Source: a virus
IMG/VR virus record: IMGVR_UViG_3300037189_023236
Strand: one strand, 5' to 3'
Length of the DNA stretch: 64,000 nucleotides
The notes under the pieces are model-generated. The model saw nothing but the letters and a program-made list of their open reading frames with translations. It made no database searches and was not told the origin of the DNA. Each line of letters starts with the position of its first letter. The first letter of the stretch is position 1. Below, one piece after another: positions 48,411 through 57,621 of this stretch. Made by a program: the position numbers and the translations under genes.

Positions 48411-48598
48411 TATTTGCGCCTACGTTGCCGGCGTTTTGCGGCTGTTCCCGCGCCATTAGTCAGCACAAGTCCAAAATAGATCATCCCGAGAACCGCGACA
48501 ACTCCTCCGAAACCCATTGCAGGAAAGCCGGCGATTGCAGCAATAACGGCTAAACCTGCGTATCCAACAAAAGTCTCACCACCCGAGTTAGAACTCAT
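48410..48598 (-). CDS. small membrane protein
   Basis: Two hydrophobic segments, basic C-terminal tail, TAATG coupling. Confidence 0.55.
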   Translation of the reverse strand: MSSNSGGETFVGYAGLAVIAAIAGFPAMGFGGVVAVLGMIYFGLVLTNGAGTAAKRRQRRRK

Positions 48599-48918
48599 CG
48601 AACGACCCCGCTTTGGTTGCAGCCAAAAAAGTTTGGCTAAACTGGCTTTAGCGTGGGCACTGGGCTATCTTCAAACTAGGGACAACGGCCGTGGTGAGTT
48701 CAATTTAAAAGCTCACCACGACCTGATCCCGAGAATTAACTCGTTTTATCAGAGGTGATGAGCTTGAACAGCACTACACAAATTTGCGCTACTCCGAATA
48801 AAAATGAGAGCATGCCGTGAACAAATAAGGCAACTACCAGATTTGCTCCGTCCTCGAGCCATTGAAGATCTGCGTCGTTTTTACCGCGATAATAATTTTT
48901 TCCGCTGTAGTGACCCAT

Positions 48919-50841
48919 ATGCCGTCCAATACTTTGCAGAGTGACGTTCTGCTGCGTGAACAAGCGTTAGAAATACCCGACAAGGGCATTAACGATCTTG
49001 TTCAGGAATTGCTCAATATTGACCAGGCAGATGCGCAAGCATTCGGTGCCCGGTCAGCTGTTTTGACGGAACTCGCTAATAAAAAGTTCTTCCCGTCGCT
49101 CGAACCGCTGCTGCCGTTGGTGCTTAATTTAAACGGCAAGCCATACACTTTAACGCAGCACTACCCGTTTGCTCCTTTATTCCGTTTACTGATGCCCAAA
49201 AACATGGTGCTCAAAACCGGGCGCCAGGTTAGTAAATCGACATCGCTTGCGGCGCACGGTGTAGTGCTAGCGAATTGTTTGCCGTTTTTCAAAACTCTCT
49301 ACGTAACGCCACTGTACGAGCAGATTCGCCGTTTCAGTAACAACTACGTGCGATCGTTCATCGACCAATCTCCGATTAAGGATCAATGGTGCGGAACAGA
49401 TACAGAGAACAATGTGCTTCAACGTTCGTTCAAGAACAAAAGCATTATGTTGTTCAGTTTCGCGCTATTAGACGCTGACCGAGTCCGCGGTATCAGTACA
49501 GACCGCGTGGTCATGGACGAGATTCAGGACATGGATCCGGATCACATTCCAATTATTCAGGAAACGATGTCCTATAGTCGTTACGCCATTTTGCACATGG
49601 CCGGGACGCCAAAAAGTCTAGACAACCCGCTCGAGGGCGCGTACAAGCGCTCGAGTGGTGCTGAGTGGTTTATTCCTTGCGAGTCGTGTCGTCACTGGAA
49701 CATACCAACGCTCGATCACGATCTAGACGCTATGATCGGCGACTTCAATATTCACATTAGCGAGAAGTATCCGGGCACAGTTTGCGCGAAATGCCGAAAA
49801 CCAATTAATCCGCGGCATGGGCGTTGGGTTCATCGCAAGCCGGATTTGCGCTGGCAGTTTTCCGGCTATCATGTGCCGCAAATTATCTTGCCGCTCCACT
49901 TTGCCGACCCCGAAAAGTGGAGCACGCTGCTGATGAAACGCGAGGGCTTCGGCAACATGACGCAAGCGCAGTTCTACAACGAAGTCATGGGCGAATCCAT
50001 TGACTCCGGCCAGAAATTAATCACAGAAACCGAATTACGCGACGCAGCTATTTTGCCGTGGGAGAACAAAAAAGAACCCGATCCTGAAGTAACCAATCGA
50101 TTAAAACACTACAAACATCGCGTAATGGCCATCGACTGGGGCGGCGGCGGTGAAGAAGGAATTTCATTTACCGTTATTACTATTCTTGGATTCGGCAATG
50201 ACGGCACAATTGATGTTCTGTGGGGCAAACGTATTTTGCTTGGCGCGGAACATCTTGCCGAAGCTGTCGAGTGCATGAAGTGGGCGGACTATTTCAAAGT
50301 TGATTACGTCGCTCACGACTACACTGGCGCCGGTACTGTGCGCGAAACAGTTATGGTTCAAGCCGGGTTTAACCTCGACCGCGTTATGGCCGTTAGGCTT
50401 GTACGCGCGGCTAGTCAGGACATTATGGTGTTCAAACCGGCGACTGCCCTTAATCATCGACAACATTATTCGTTGGATAAGACGCGATCGCTGCTCTACA
50501 CGTGCCAAGCGATTAAACTCAAGCAGATCAAGTTCTTTAAATACGACTGGGTGTCGCAAGACAGTCCCGGCCTAATATCTGATTTTCTGGCGCTTGTAGA
50601 AAACAAAGCCGAATCGCGACTAGGCGGCGACATCTACACGATTACAAGAAACACACTCCTTAGCGATGACTTTGCGCAAGCTGTGAATTTAGGATGTGCC
50701 GCCATTTGGCACATCAATCAAGCCTGGCCCAACTTTGCCGAAATAGCCGGCCTCGGGCGCATCAGCGGACAGCAGGCTGTCGCTGAGAACCCGGAAGATT
50801 GGGCAGACGACGACATGGGCAACCGATTTTTCGGTTACTGA
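48919..50841 (+). CDS. terL: terminase large subunit (gpA-like)
   Basis: KTGRQVSKST Walker A, VMDEIQD Walker B, AGTPK, CESC/CAKC zinc motif, FYNEVMG, nuclease MAIDWGG, DDFAQA. Confidence 0.88.
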   Translation: MPSNTLQSDVLLREQALEIPDKGINDLVQELLNIDQADAQAFGARSAVLTELANKKFFPSLEPLLPLVLNLNGKPYTLTQHYPFAPLFRLLMPKNMVLKTGRQVSKSTSLAAHGVVLANCLPFFKTLYVTPLYEQIRRFSNNYVRSFIDQSPIKDQWCGTDTENNVLQRSFKNKSIMLFSFALLDADRVRGISTDRVVMDEIQDMDPDHIPIIQETMSYSRYAILHMAGTPKSLDNPLEGAYKRSSGAEWFIPCESCRHWNIPTLDHDLDAMIGDFNIHISEKYPGTVCAKCRKPINPRHGRWVHRKPDLRWQFSGYHVPQIILPLHFADPEKWSTLLMKREGFGNMTQAQFYNEVMGESIDSGQKLITETELRDAAILPWENKKEPDPEVTNRLKHYKHRVMAIDWGGGGEEGISFTVITILGFGNDGTIDVLWGKRILLGAEHLAEAVECMKWADYFKVDYVAHDYTGAGTVRETVMVQAGFNLDRVMAVRLVRAASQDIMVFKPATALNHRQHYSLDKTRSLLYTCQAIKLKQIKFFKYDWVSQDSPGLISDFLALVENKAESRLGGDIYTITRNTLLSDDFAQAVNLGCAAIWHINQAWPNFAEIAGLGRISGQQAVAENPEDWADDDMGNRFFGY

Positions 50842-51227
50842 TTGTTTTCGTACAGTTTTACGACGTCGTCGAACGACGCGTCGGATAGGTCTATCGGCCT
50901 TGGGCGTTTTGCAGCTTGCGGCAGTTGCACTGCTTGCGTCAGAACACGCGGCGGCGACTTATTTGGATAGAGCGTTCCGGCAGCATCTGTATACCGCGCG
51001 CGCAATATTAGCAGCGCGTCTTGGCAGTCAAAACAGAGGTTTTGGCTCAATTGTTTTGGGCGCCCGCAGCGACATTTACGCATGGCGGCGTGCGCGTCAT
51101 CTGGCTGGTCGGCGTTGCACTTTCTGCATAAGTTTTGTTTTTGCAGCTCGGCAAATAAACGCACCGCTCTTCTAAAGCGAGCCTCTTGCGACATTTTTGG
51201 TTTGTCGCTTTTTTGCTGATCGTCCAT
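50835..51227 (-). CDS. Cys-rich hypothetical protein
   Basis: CRKC, CRCG, CFDC; start uncertain. Confidence 0.45.
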   Translation of the reverse strand: MDDQQKSDKPKMSQEARFRRAVRLFAELQKQNLCRKCNADQPDDAHAAMRKCRCGRPKQLSQNLCFDCQDALLILRARYTDAAGTLYPNKSPPRVLTQAVQLPQAAKRPRPIDLSDASFDDVVKLYENNQ

Positions 51228-51264
51228 GAACATGAGAAACCTCCCTGGCGCAAACCTGCTAAAG

Positions 51265-51666
51265 TTAGTCAAGTTCTTCTCGTAGCGCATTTTCTTTAAT
51301 AACACACGCGATCATACGAACATACGCTTCCGCTGCTTCTTGATTGATAAACTCAGCGCGAAATTCTGTGCCGTCGCTTTTTGGCAGCATAACTGGTTTA
51401 CCTCCGCGCGTTACGTAATAAATACCAGCTTCTTCCGCAATCTGGTATTCGTCCGTAACGATTTCCAGTTCGTCAGGCGGGCAAATGCAGCTAAGCGATC
51501 GGCCGTTGTCCCAGGCAATAAGAAACTGCACTTGCTGAGCCTCGCGAAAGTGCAAATCTGTAATAAGCCGCACAGTCCCGACAGATCCCACCGGAATCGG
51601 ATCGGGGTCGTCGGGCATGCGCAACAATTTCACGCGGTCGCCCACAGAAATGTCGAGACAATTCAT
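51265..51666 (-). CDS. DUF4314-domain protein
   Basis: GDRVKLLRMPDDPDPIPVGSVGTV...WDNGRSL. Confidence 0.75.
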   Translation of the reverse strand: MNCLDISVGDRVKLLRMPDDPDPIPVGSVGTVRLITDLHFREAQQVQFLIAWDNGRSLSCICPPDELEIVTDEYQIAEEAGIYYVTRGGKPVMLPKSDGTEFRAEFINQEAAEAYVRMIACVIKENALREELD

Positions 51667-51980
51667 TTCTGATTTGCCGTCAATTGTGCGGCGGCAAGAG
51701 CAGCTTCATATGTACCACGCGCTAGGATACGCGTCTTGGTAGCCTCGCGGATCTTACCGAGGTAATCCGAATACTCTGCGTCAGTATTCACGAGAGCTTC
51801 CGCGCTCGAAAAGCTGTGTGGCTTTCCGGTAAGCGGATTGTCGCCCGCCGTCATAATCCGACTAACCGCGGCCATTTTTACGCCTATTCGATTGTCTTCG
51901 AGCGTCATTTCATTTTCCACAGCTGTTGCGTACGCGGCTGTGGCAGCGGCGATATTGGTCAGAAACTTTTCTGCAGACAC
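51663..51980 (-). CDS. hypothetical protein
   Basis: 105 aa, ATGA overlap. Confidence 0.6.
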   Translation of the reverse strand: MSAEKFLTNIAAATAAYATAVENEMTLEDNRIGVKMAAVSRIMTAGDNPLTGKPHSFSSAEALVNTDAEYSDYLGKIREATKTRILARGTYEAALAAAQLTANQK

Positions 51981-51992
51981 GTGTAACCCTTT

Positions 51993-52268
51993 CTAGTTGA
52001 CAGATGGTTTTAATCTGTCGGTGGGGAGATTGTCTTCGTCAGATTTTTCAGAAAAGCCAAGGCGCCTAAACACCTTGGCTATACGCCGGTTTGTTTCTTC
52101 TTCCGGCTCGCCGACAAGCAATTTAAACGTTTTGTTCGGCTTGTCGAGCTCAAATATGCTCATGGTCCCAGGAACAGCCCATGTTCCTTTGTTTTTCAAT
52201 ATGCGGACCATCTCTGTCTGCCACGTGATATCCGTCGGCGTGGGTTCCCATCGCGTGTCGGGAATCAT
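51993..52268 (-). CDS. hypothetical protein
   Basis: 91 aa, operon packing. Confidence 0.6.
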   Translation of the reverse strand: MIPDTRWEPTPTDITWQTEMVRILKNKGTWAVPGTMSIFELDKPNKTFKLLVGEPEEETNRRIAKVFRRLGFSEKSDEDNLPTDRLKPSVN

Positions 52269-52271
52269 TTG

Positions 52272-52505
52272 TCAGTCCGGCAACAGCGTAAATCCGCGCG
52301 CCTCAAGCTTTTCGCGGATTTCGTTGATTGTCGTGTGGCCGCAATTCTTCAGCTTTTTGAACGCGCTGGCGGTGCAGTTTGACAGCTCGCCGATCGTTGC
52401 GCACCCGAGAGCCTCTGCAGCCTTTTTAGCCCGCGTGCCAAGATTGAGCTCAGCAATACTGGCGTTAAAGTCCGAATCGCTCGTGTTCTCTGGCGTCAAG
52501 TTCAT
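52272..52505 (-). CDS. stand-alone RNA polymerase alpha C-terminal-domain-like protein
   Basis: SIAELNLGTRAKKA...TIGEL...KLKNCGHTTINEIREKL...G.L parallels alpha-CTD (I..LELSVR..N.L...IGDL...NLG.KSL.EI...L). Confidence 0.8.
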   Translation of the reverse strand: MNLTPENTSDSDFNASIAELNLGTRAKKAAEALGCATIGELSNCTASAFKKLKNCGHTTINEIREKLEARGFTLLPD

Positions 52506-52687
52506 TGAGGCGTTCCTTTCTTGTTAGTTTCCGTCTTGGATATTTGTAAGCGTGGCATAGTTGGCATTTAGCTTGCCCGCAATCAGCAACGCGGCGTCCT
52601 TTTCTAAAATGCCCTTGTTCGGGCGCCCAACCAGCGGCGTCAAACAGATGAACAAACAAATTGCGCCGCTTTTTTGCTAGATTTTTT

Positions 52688-53176
52688 TCAGTCTGACAGC
52701 GTTTCATCTTCCGCCTCTTCTGCCTCGTCTCTCGAGTCGCATAGGATAACGCATGTGCACCCACAACGTTCTGCAATAGTTACTACAGCTTTGTGATACA
52801 CAGACACTGGCTTGCGCCGGTCAAGATATCCGGCGCTTATCAGCGCATACAAACCAAGCTGCGCCAGCCCTCGATTACGTAATTCTCCATCGGTAAAGCA
52901 CTCGATGGTTTGAACTGGAATCAGGTTTCCTTTGAATTTTTCAAAGAACGGGCGTGTAGCTACCCATGAGGCAAAATAACCGTTGTGATAAACCAGGGCC
53001 ATCGTCATTGGCGGATGCGGCCCGGGTTCTTTGTTAACATGGCGCCGCAACACTTCTGGCTGCATGCTATCGTGGAGCGCCTCTTCCAGCGGCCACGATA
53101 GCCTGTTACAGATCTCGCGAACTTCTGTCGGTTTTAGATCTGAAATGTCGCGGATATAGATAGCAAAATCGCTCAT
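52688..53176 (-). CDS. GNAT-like acetyltransferase
   Basis: CFTDGELRNRGLAQ resembles GNAT motif A; AGGAG RBS. Confidence 0.5.
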   Translation of the reverse strand: MSDFAIYIRDISDLKPTEVREICNRLSWPLEEALHDSMQPEVLRRHVNKEPGPHPPMTMALVYHNGYFASWVATRPFFEKFKGNLIPVQTIECFTDGELRNRGLAQLGLYALISAGYLDRRKPVSVYHKAVVTIAERCGCTCVILCDSRDEAEEAEDETLSD

Positions 53177-53212
53177 GTTATATGCTCCTAGGCATATCGC
53201 GATTTTACCAAA

Positions 53213-53285
53213 AGCCGAAGGTCGGACTCGAACCGACGACCTACTGATTACAAATCAGTAGCTCTACCAACTGAGCTACTTCGGC
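53213..53285 (-). tRNA. tRNA-Thr(UGU), CCA not encoded
   Basis: GCCGAAG/CTTCGGC acceptor, TAGCTCAGTTGGTAGAGC D-arm, anticodon loop TTTGTAA, GGTTCGAGTCC T-arm. Confidence 0.96.
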
Positions 53286-53290
53286 GAAAA

Positions 53291-53590
53291 TCAGTCATCA
53301 ACTAAATCGTCTTCATCGTCGTATTCGTCGAAATACTCGGGATCGTCGTCTTCATCTTCATCTTCTTCGCTGTCTGCTTCCCAATCAAAATCGTCGGCAT
53401 CTTCGTCGTCATCATCTTCGTCAACATACCAGTCCACGTTGGGGCGATACTGCGTCTCGTCATCGTCGTCAATATCGTCGTCATCGTCGGGTATTTCGTC
53501 GTCGTCGACAAACTGCCAATCTTCGTCGATAAAGTCGTCGTCGAAGTTATCGTCTTTTTTGGCCAACTTTTGTACGACAGGCTTACCCAT
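53291..53590 (-). CDS. extremely acidic small protein
   Basis: About 55 of 99 residues are D/E by hand count; AAGGAG RBS. Confidence 0.7.
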   Translation of the reverse strand: MGKPVVQKLAKKDDNFDDDFIDEDWQFVDDDEIPDDDDDIDDDDETQYRPNVDWYVDEDDDDEDADDFDWEADSEEDEDEDDDPEYFDEYDDEDDLVDD

Positions 53591-53600
53591 TTACTGCTCC

Positions 53601-56231
53601 TTAGCCGGCGTGTTTTGCGGCGTTGTTGTTGTAGTCGCCCCAAAAAGCGTCACACCAATCTCTGGTTATTAACAAACCTGGCATATTGTGCACAGAATAT
53701 TCGCCGCAAAATACGCCCTGTTTCGTAAAACAGTCTATCAAAGCGCTCCAGTTAGGAACAATGCCGGCGCTGAGTAAGTATTTGTTTATCGCCTTTTTAC
53801 TTAGCCACCAATGCTGTTTGTTTCTAATTAGATAATTTGGCCGCTGCCCTGCATAGCGCGGTTGCGGCAGCACGTCAATTTTTTCGAGCGCGATAGCGTC
53901 GTTAAGCATCCGCATAAACGCTATGTGCGCTGTTTCCGGTTGCAGTATCATCTGCTGCGCGGCTGCCAAATTGAACGAACCGCCATAGCTCATTTCAAGC
54001 CATTTATGGATATCATGCAAAACGGCGACAACCAGCGATCCGCGCGTGTTTAGCCCTAGCCGTTGCCGCAAAACACGCTGAACATACGCCGGAACAATAA
54101 ACCGAATAGGGTCGCAGTTTTTTATTTCAGACAACGGGCAAACTGGCGCTACCGCAGCCCAGCCATAACTAAGCGCGCCAGGAATGCTTGCAGGCAACAT
54201 GCCGACTACGGCCGCAGTATTCGGGCATTTGACGACGGCGCGCTCGAGCAATTTTCCACTTCCGCAAGCAACCGAAATAGCTGTTGGCGAGACGGCAGCT
54301 TGTAGTTCTTTGATTAGCGCGGACATGGTTTGCTGTGCCATGCCGATCTGTTTTGCCGCGCACCCCATGGTCACGCAATATTGCGCGGCTGCTGCGAAGT
54401 TATTCTCTGGAACGGCTACACTTACGCAATTTGCTTCCGTGATAGGCGCCAGCATGTTAGCCAGCACAGCAGCCGTAGTCGCCCACAAAAACGCATCTTC
54501 ATGCGACTGCGTTAGTATGGTTGAAATTGCTGGCGGCGCTGACACCCCTGGTTCTGGAAAATCAAACGTGTTTGTATGCGGAAGCTCGGGGCAGGCCAGC
54601 GGCACAATTGTGCCGTCATTAGCCAGCGTGTAATTGCCGAAATTAAATTCGCGCGTTTTTGCGTTCCAGCCAAATGTTGTGCAGACGTGTACTATTTGCG
54701 GCGGATTTATTTTTAACGCCGTGGCTAACGCCCGCAGGCGATACCGAGAACTGTTTATGACCAGTTCGTTGTGTTCGGCCATTAGTTGCGTAACAAAATC
54801 TAAAAAACCGCCGCGGTCTATTTTCGGTGCTGGCTCGAAAAACGTTATCCGTTTGTCGTTTTTTAGCACATAGCCGGCGTAGTATTTCTTGCCAGTATCG
54901 GTATACACAATTTTGTCTATTACCGGCCGACAGTTAATAATCGGTAAGCCGCGAGCCGTGTACCAGCCGTCGTCTCGCACAATTACATCATGCTCTTGTG
55001 AGTACGCGCTTGCCGTTTCTCTGCGCGGTACTATCCTGTTTAGCACGCGCGAGGCATCATCGGCCGCCATCGTCGTTCTCGTTTTCAAGAACTGACCTAA
55101 CTTATCTCGCGCGATTGTTAGCCGCGCTGCGAACGCCTGGGCCGCTATTGGGTTCAAATTGTTGAATACTTCGGCAAGAGCGCTTTGCCACGTCGTCGCG
55201 TATTTGCAAATTTTAGCTAGCCGTTTTAGCGTGCGCGCCGGCATTGCTGCCTGCACGATGTATTCAGGCGGCGCGGGACAAACATAGCCGCGGCAACCGG
55301 CGGCCTGCGAAATAAGCTCGGCAGTTATGTTTTCAGCGTAAAAAAATCGCTTGCTGTTCGGCAGGCTATTCCACGTAGCGCCGAGACTCGCCGCTTCTAA
55401 TCCGGCGTAGCTGGCTGAAATTGGAAGTAACGGCAATCCGTGCCTTATTTGCGTCGTTTGCGCTTTTAATGCCCAGATTGGATCGTCTACAACAAAATGC
55501 GCGTTTTTGATCGTTGGGTGCGGCGGCAATAACGCGGTTTTGAGTAAATAATATCCGGCATCGGGCCGTACGCATCCCGCCGGGCTTAGCGGTAGGAACG
55601 TACGCTTAGCGTCGAACTCAAGGCTGTATTTCGCTAATAGAAACCCGGATAACCGCCCGGGCAGGTCGTAATACGGAAATACCAGCACAGGCTCGCCGTC
55701 GCGCATATGGCGCGGGTACGCCCGGCTAACCGACGAATACACCGCGGCTAGCTGCACCTCTTCGGCTGCGCCTACAAGCCCGGTACACGGAATATCGCGC
55801 GATATTCCAAAATCGCGCAATTTATGGCCGATAGCCTCCGAACCCACCGACCAAAGCTGGTTTTCAGCCTCCGCCCAAAGTTCGTTGGCGCGCTGTAGTC
55901 GTAGTGCCTGTTTGACGCTATTGGTAACATAATCCTCGGCGCCAATGTTCCTAGCGCATAGCTTTTCTGCTACAAATCGGTCAAGCGCCGCCGCCGGGTC
56001 GATCTTCCAGATTTGCGCCGCGAATGTTATGATATTTCCGTAGGCCGAGCAGCCGTCGCAATTAAACCAGACGTCTTCTCGCGCCATGTCGTCGTAGGCG
56101 TAAAGCGCTGTTTCACCACAAAACGGACAATTTAATACTGTCGGAAAGACAAGATTGTCCGGCGCAAAACCCATAACGGATAATGCGCTGCCGTGATTGT
56201 GGCGTCGGATAATGGAGCTAAATAACGTCAT
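53601..56231 (-). CDS. large protein with N-terminal primase-type zinc finger (degenerate primase-like)
   Basis: CPFC...WFNCDGC..YGNIITF (CHC2-like), LVFPYYDLPGRLSGF (DnaG catalytic-core-like strand); no intact EG..D/DxD or Walker A seen. Confidence 0.55.
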   Translation of the reverse strand: MTLFSSIIRRHNHGSALSVMGFAPDNLVFPTVLNCPFCGETALYAYDDMAREDVWFNCDGCSAYGNIITFAAQIWKIDPAAALDRFVAEKLCARNIGAEDYVTNSVKQALRLQRANELWAEAENQLWSVGSEAIGHKLRDFGISRDIPCTGLVGAAEEVQLAAVYSSVSRAYPRHMRDGEPVLVFPYYDLPGRLSGFLLAKYSLEFDAKRTFLPLSPAGCVRPDAGYYLLKTALLPPHPTIKNAHFVVDDPIWALKAQTTQIRHGLPLLPISASYAGLEAASLGATWNSLPNSKRFFYAENITAELISQAAGCRGYVCPAPPEYIVQAAMPARTLKRLAKICKYATTWQSALAEVFNNLNPIAAQAFAARLTIARDKLGQFLKTRTTMAADDASRVLNRIVPRRETASAYSQEHDVIVRDDGWYTARGLPIINCRPVIDKIVYTDTGKKYYAGYVLKNDKRITFFEPAPKIDRGGFLDFVTQLMAEHNELVINSSRYRLRALATALKINPPQIVHVCTTFGWNAKTREFNFGNYTLANDGTIVPLACPELPHTNTFDFPEPGVSAPPAISTILTQSHEDAFLWATTAAVLANMLAPITEANCVSVAVPENNFAAAAQYCVTMGCAAKQIGMAQQTMSALIKELQAAVSPTAISVACGSGKLLERAVVKCPNTAAVVGMLPASIPGALSYGWAAVAPVCPLSEIKNCDPIRFIVPAYVQRVLRQRLGLNTRGSLVVAVLHDIHKWLEMSYGGSFNLAAAQQMILQPETAHIAFMRMLNDAIALEKIDVLPQPRYAGQRPNYLIRNKQHWWLSKKAINKYLLSAGIVPNWSALIDCFTKQGVFCGEYSVHNMPGLLITRDWCDAFWGDYNNNAAKHAG

Positions 56232-57417
56232 GAATATGCTAGATCACACGCAAGACATCAGCGGCCGCGAAACCCATCGGTTATTGTCTTTGTATACGCC
56301 GCCGGATTTTGTTAAATCTGCGTCCGCTGACCGGCTCAACGGCGATCCCGAAAAGCTTGCTAGGCATCTTTACGCCGATCCGAGCAAGAAACTTTATCCA
56401 TGCCATACAGCTCCTGCTACTTGGATGTCTGCATTATGGTTTACCGAAAAACGAGCAGAATTTGACGCCGCGATGGCCTCGACCATCGAAACGCGCATTA
56501 AAACGGCTGCAAACTATTTTGGCATCGCGGGGGCCGTAGAGCAATTAATGGAGAAAGTGGCCCGCGACAACAGCAACGAATTGGCCAAGCTACCCGACAC
56601 GGCATTTGCCATCGTTTGGAAAGACGAAGCCGGCAACACTGAACGCCACTGGCCCATGCGCAATGCGACCGAGGTTAAGTTTGCCTGCGCGCATTTCCGC
56701 AAGTATCGCGACGAGTTCATTTTTGCCGATCGGCATAAAATCGCTAATAAAATTCTCGACAAGGCGCTCGAGTTTGGGGCCGACACATCGGCGGCGGAGG
56801 GCATTTTGGAGTCGACGGCCGGGCGTGGCTTGTGCGCCACAAAAGTCGCGGCCGAGCTTCTCAGGGACCGCGCTGCACGTACGGCTAGGACGCACGCAGC
56901 GCTTAGCGAAGAAATGACCAAGCTTGCCGAGTTAGTAGAAGCAAACCCGGCAGAAACGCAGCACGAAGAGTGCCGGCTAAAGCTGGCCGCCGTAATTGAT
57001 CAATTTGACCGCGAGACGAAGCTCTGCCGGTTGTACGACGATAACGGCCTCTCTCGCGCTGAAGAAGTCCTTTTCGCTATCACCGAGAAGGTTGCCCGCG
57101 ATTTTATGAGTGAAAACGTGGAAACAACCACCGGTAATGTGTACGCCCTGGAAGATATCGAAAAACTGGCTGTTGAAGATATTCGCAGCTGGATGGGCGA
57201 CGACTTTGCGGACGCTGTCTCAACCGGCGGCGTCTACACGGATCGCGACAAGCTGGCGGCAATTGTTCCCACGCTTGATCGTGGAATGGCCGCCACTTTC
57301 GACCGGCTTATGCAAGAAAAGCGCGCCTATCCGATTGTGACAAAGGCGGCCGCGGCGTCGCTAATGCCCGAAGACAGGCTTTATGATTTAGCCGCAGAGT
57401 TTAAGTTTGACGGCTGA
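56230..57417 (+). CDS. DUF6582-like repeat protein, probably virion/late
   Basis: Two similar units (LYPCHT...SALWF...RIKTAANYFGI; HWPMRN...ACAHF...KILDKALEFG); GGAG RBS. Confidence 0.55.
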   Translation: MNMLDHTQDISGRETHRLLSLYTPPDFVKSASADRLNGDPEKLARHLYADPSKKLYPCHTAPATWMSALWFTEKRAEFDAAMASTIETRIKTAANYFGIAGAVEQLMEKVARDNSNELAKLPDTAFAIVWKDEAGNTERHWPMRNATEVKFACAHFRKYRDEFIFADRHKIANKILDKALEFGADTSAAEGILESTAGRGLCATKVAAELLRDRAARTARTHAALSEEMTKLAELVEANPAETQHEECRLKLAAVIDQFDRETKLCRLYDDNGLSRAEEVLFAITEKVARDFMSENVETTTGNVYALEDIEKLAVEDIRSWMGDDFADAVSTGGVYTDRDKLAAIVPTLDRGMAATFDRLMQEKRAYPIVTKAAAASLMPEDRLYDLAAEFKFDG

Positions 57418-57614
57418 GTCGCGGCAATTCGCTGTCTTTGTGCGCGCAAGTCAAACTTGATTTTCGGAATTAGTTCCGAGCGCAATACCGTTACGTTTGG
57501 CGGCGCGACAAAACCAAGGCGCACAGAGCCGTTGTCGCGGATCTCAATGACTTTAACCTGAATATCCTCGCCAATTTCGATTGTCTCGCCCTCTCGACGC
57601 GTTAAAACAAGCAC
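57381..57614 (-). CDS. csrA: carbon storage regulator CsrA/RsmA
   Basis: MLVLTRREGETIEIGEDI.VKV.....VRLG..AP..V.V.R.EL. Confidence 0.9.
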   Translation of the reverse strand: MLVLTRREGETIEIGEDIQVKVIEIRDNGSVRLGFVAPPNVTVLRSELIPKIKFDLRAQRQRIAATQPSNLNSAAKS

Positions 57615-57621
57615 GGCTTCC

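Noticed and set aside
48736-48963. 75-aa minus-strand ORF overlapping the terminase start
   Set aside because: May be a real small membrane protein from a later ATG, but the start and coding status could not be supported
52465-52776. 103-aa basic minus-strand ORF
   Set aside because: Overlaps both neighbours; a shorter version may be real, but there is no motif or clear start
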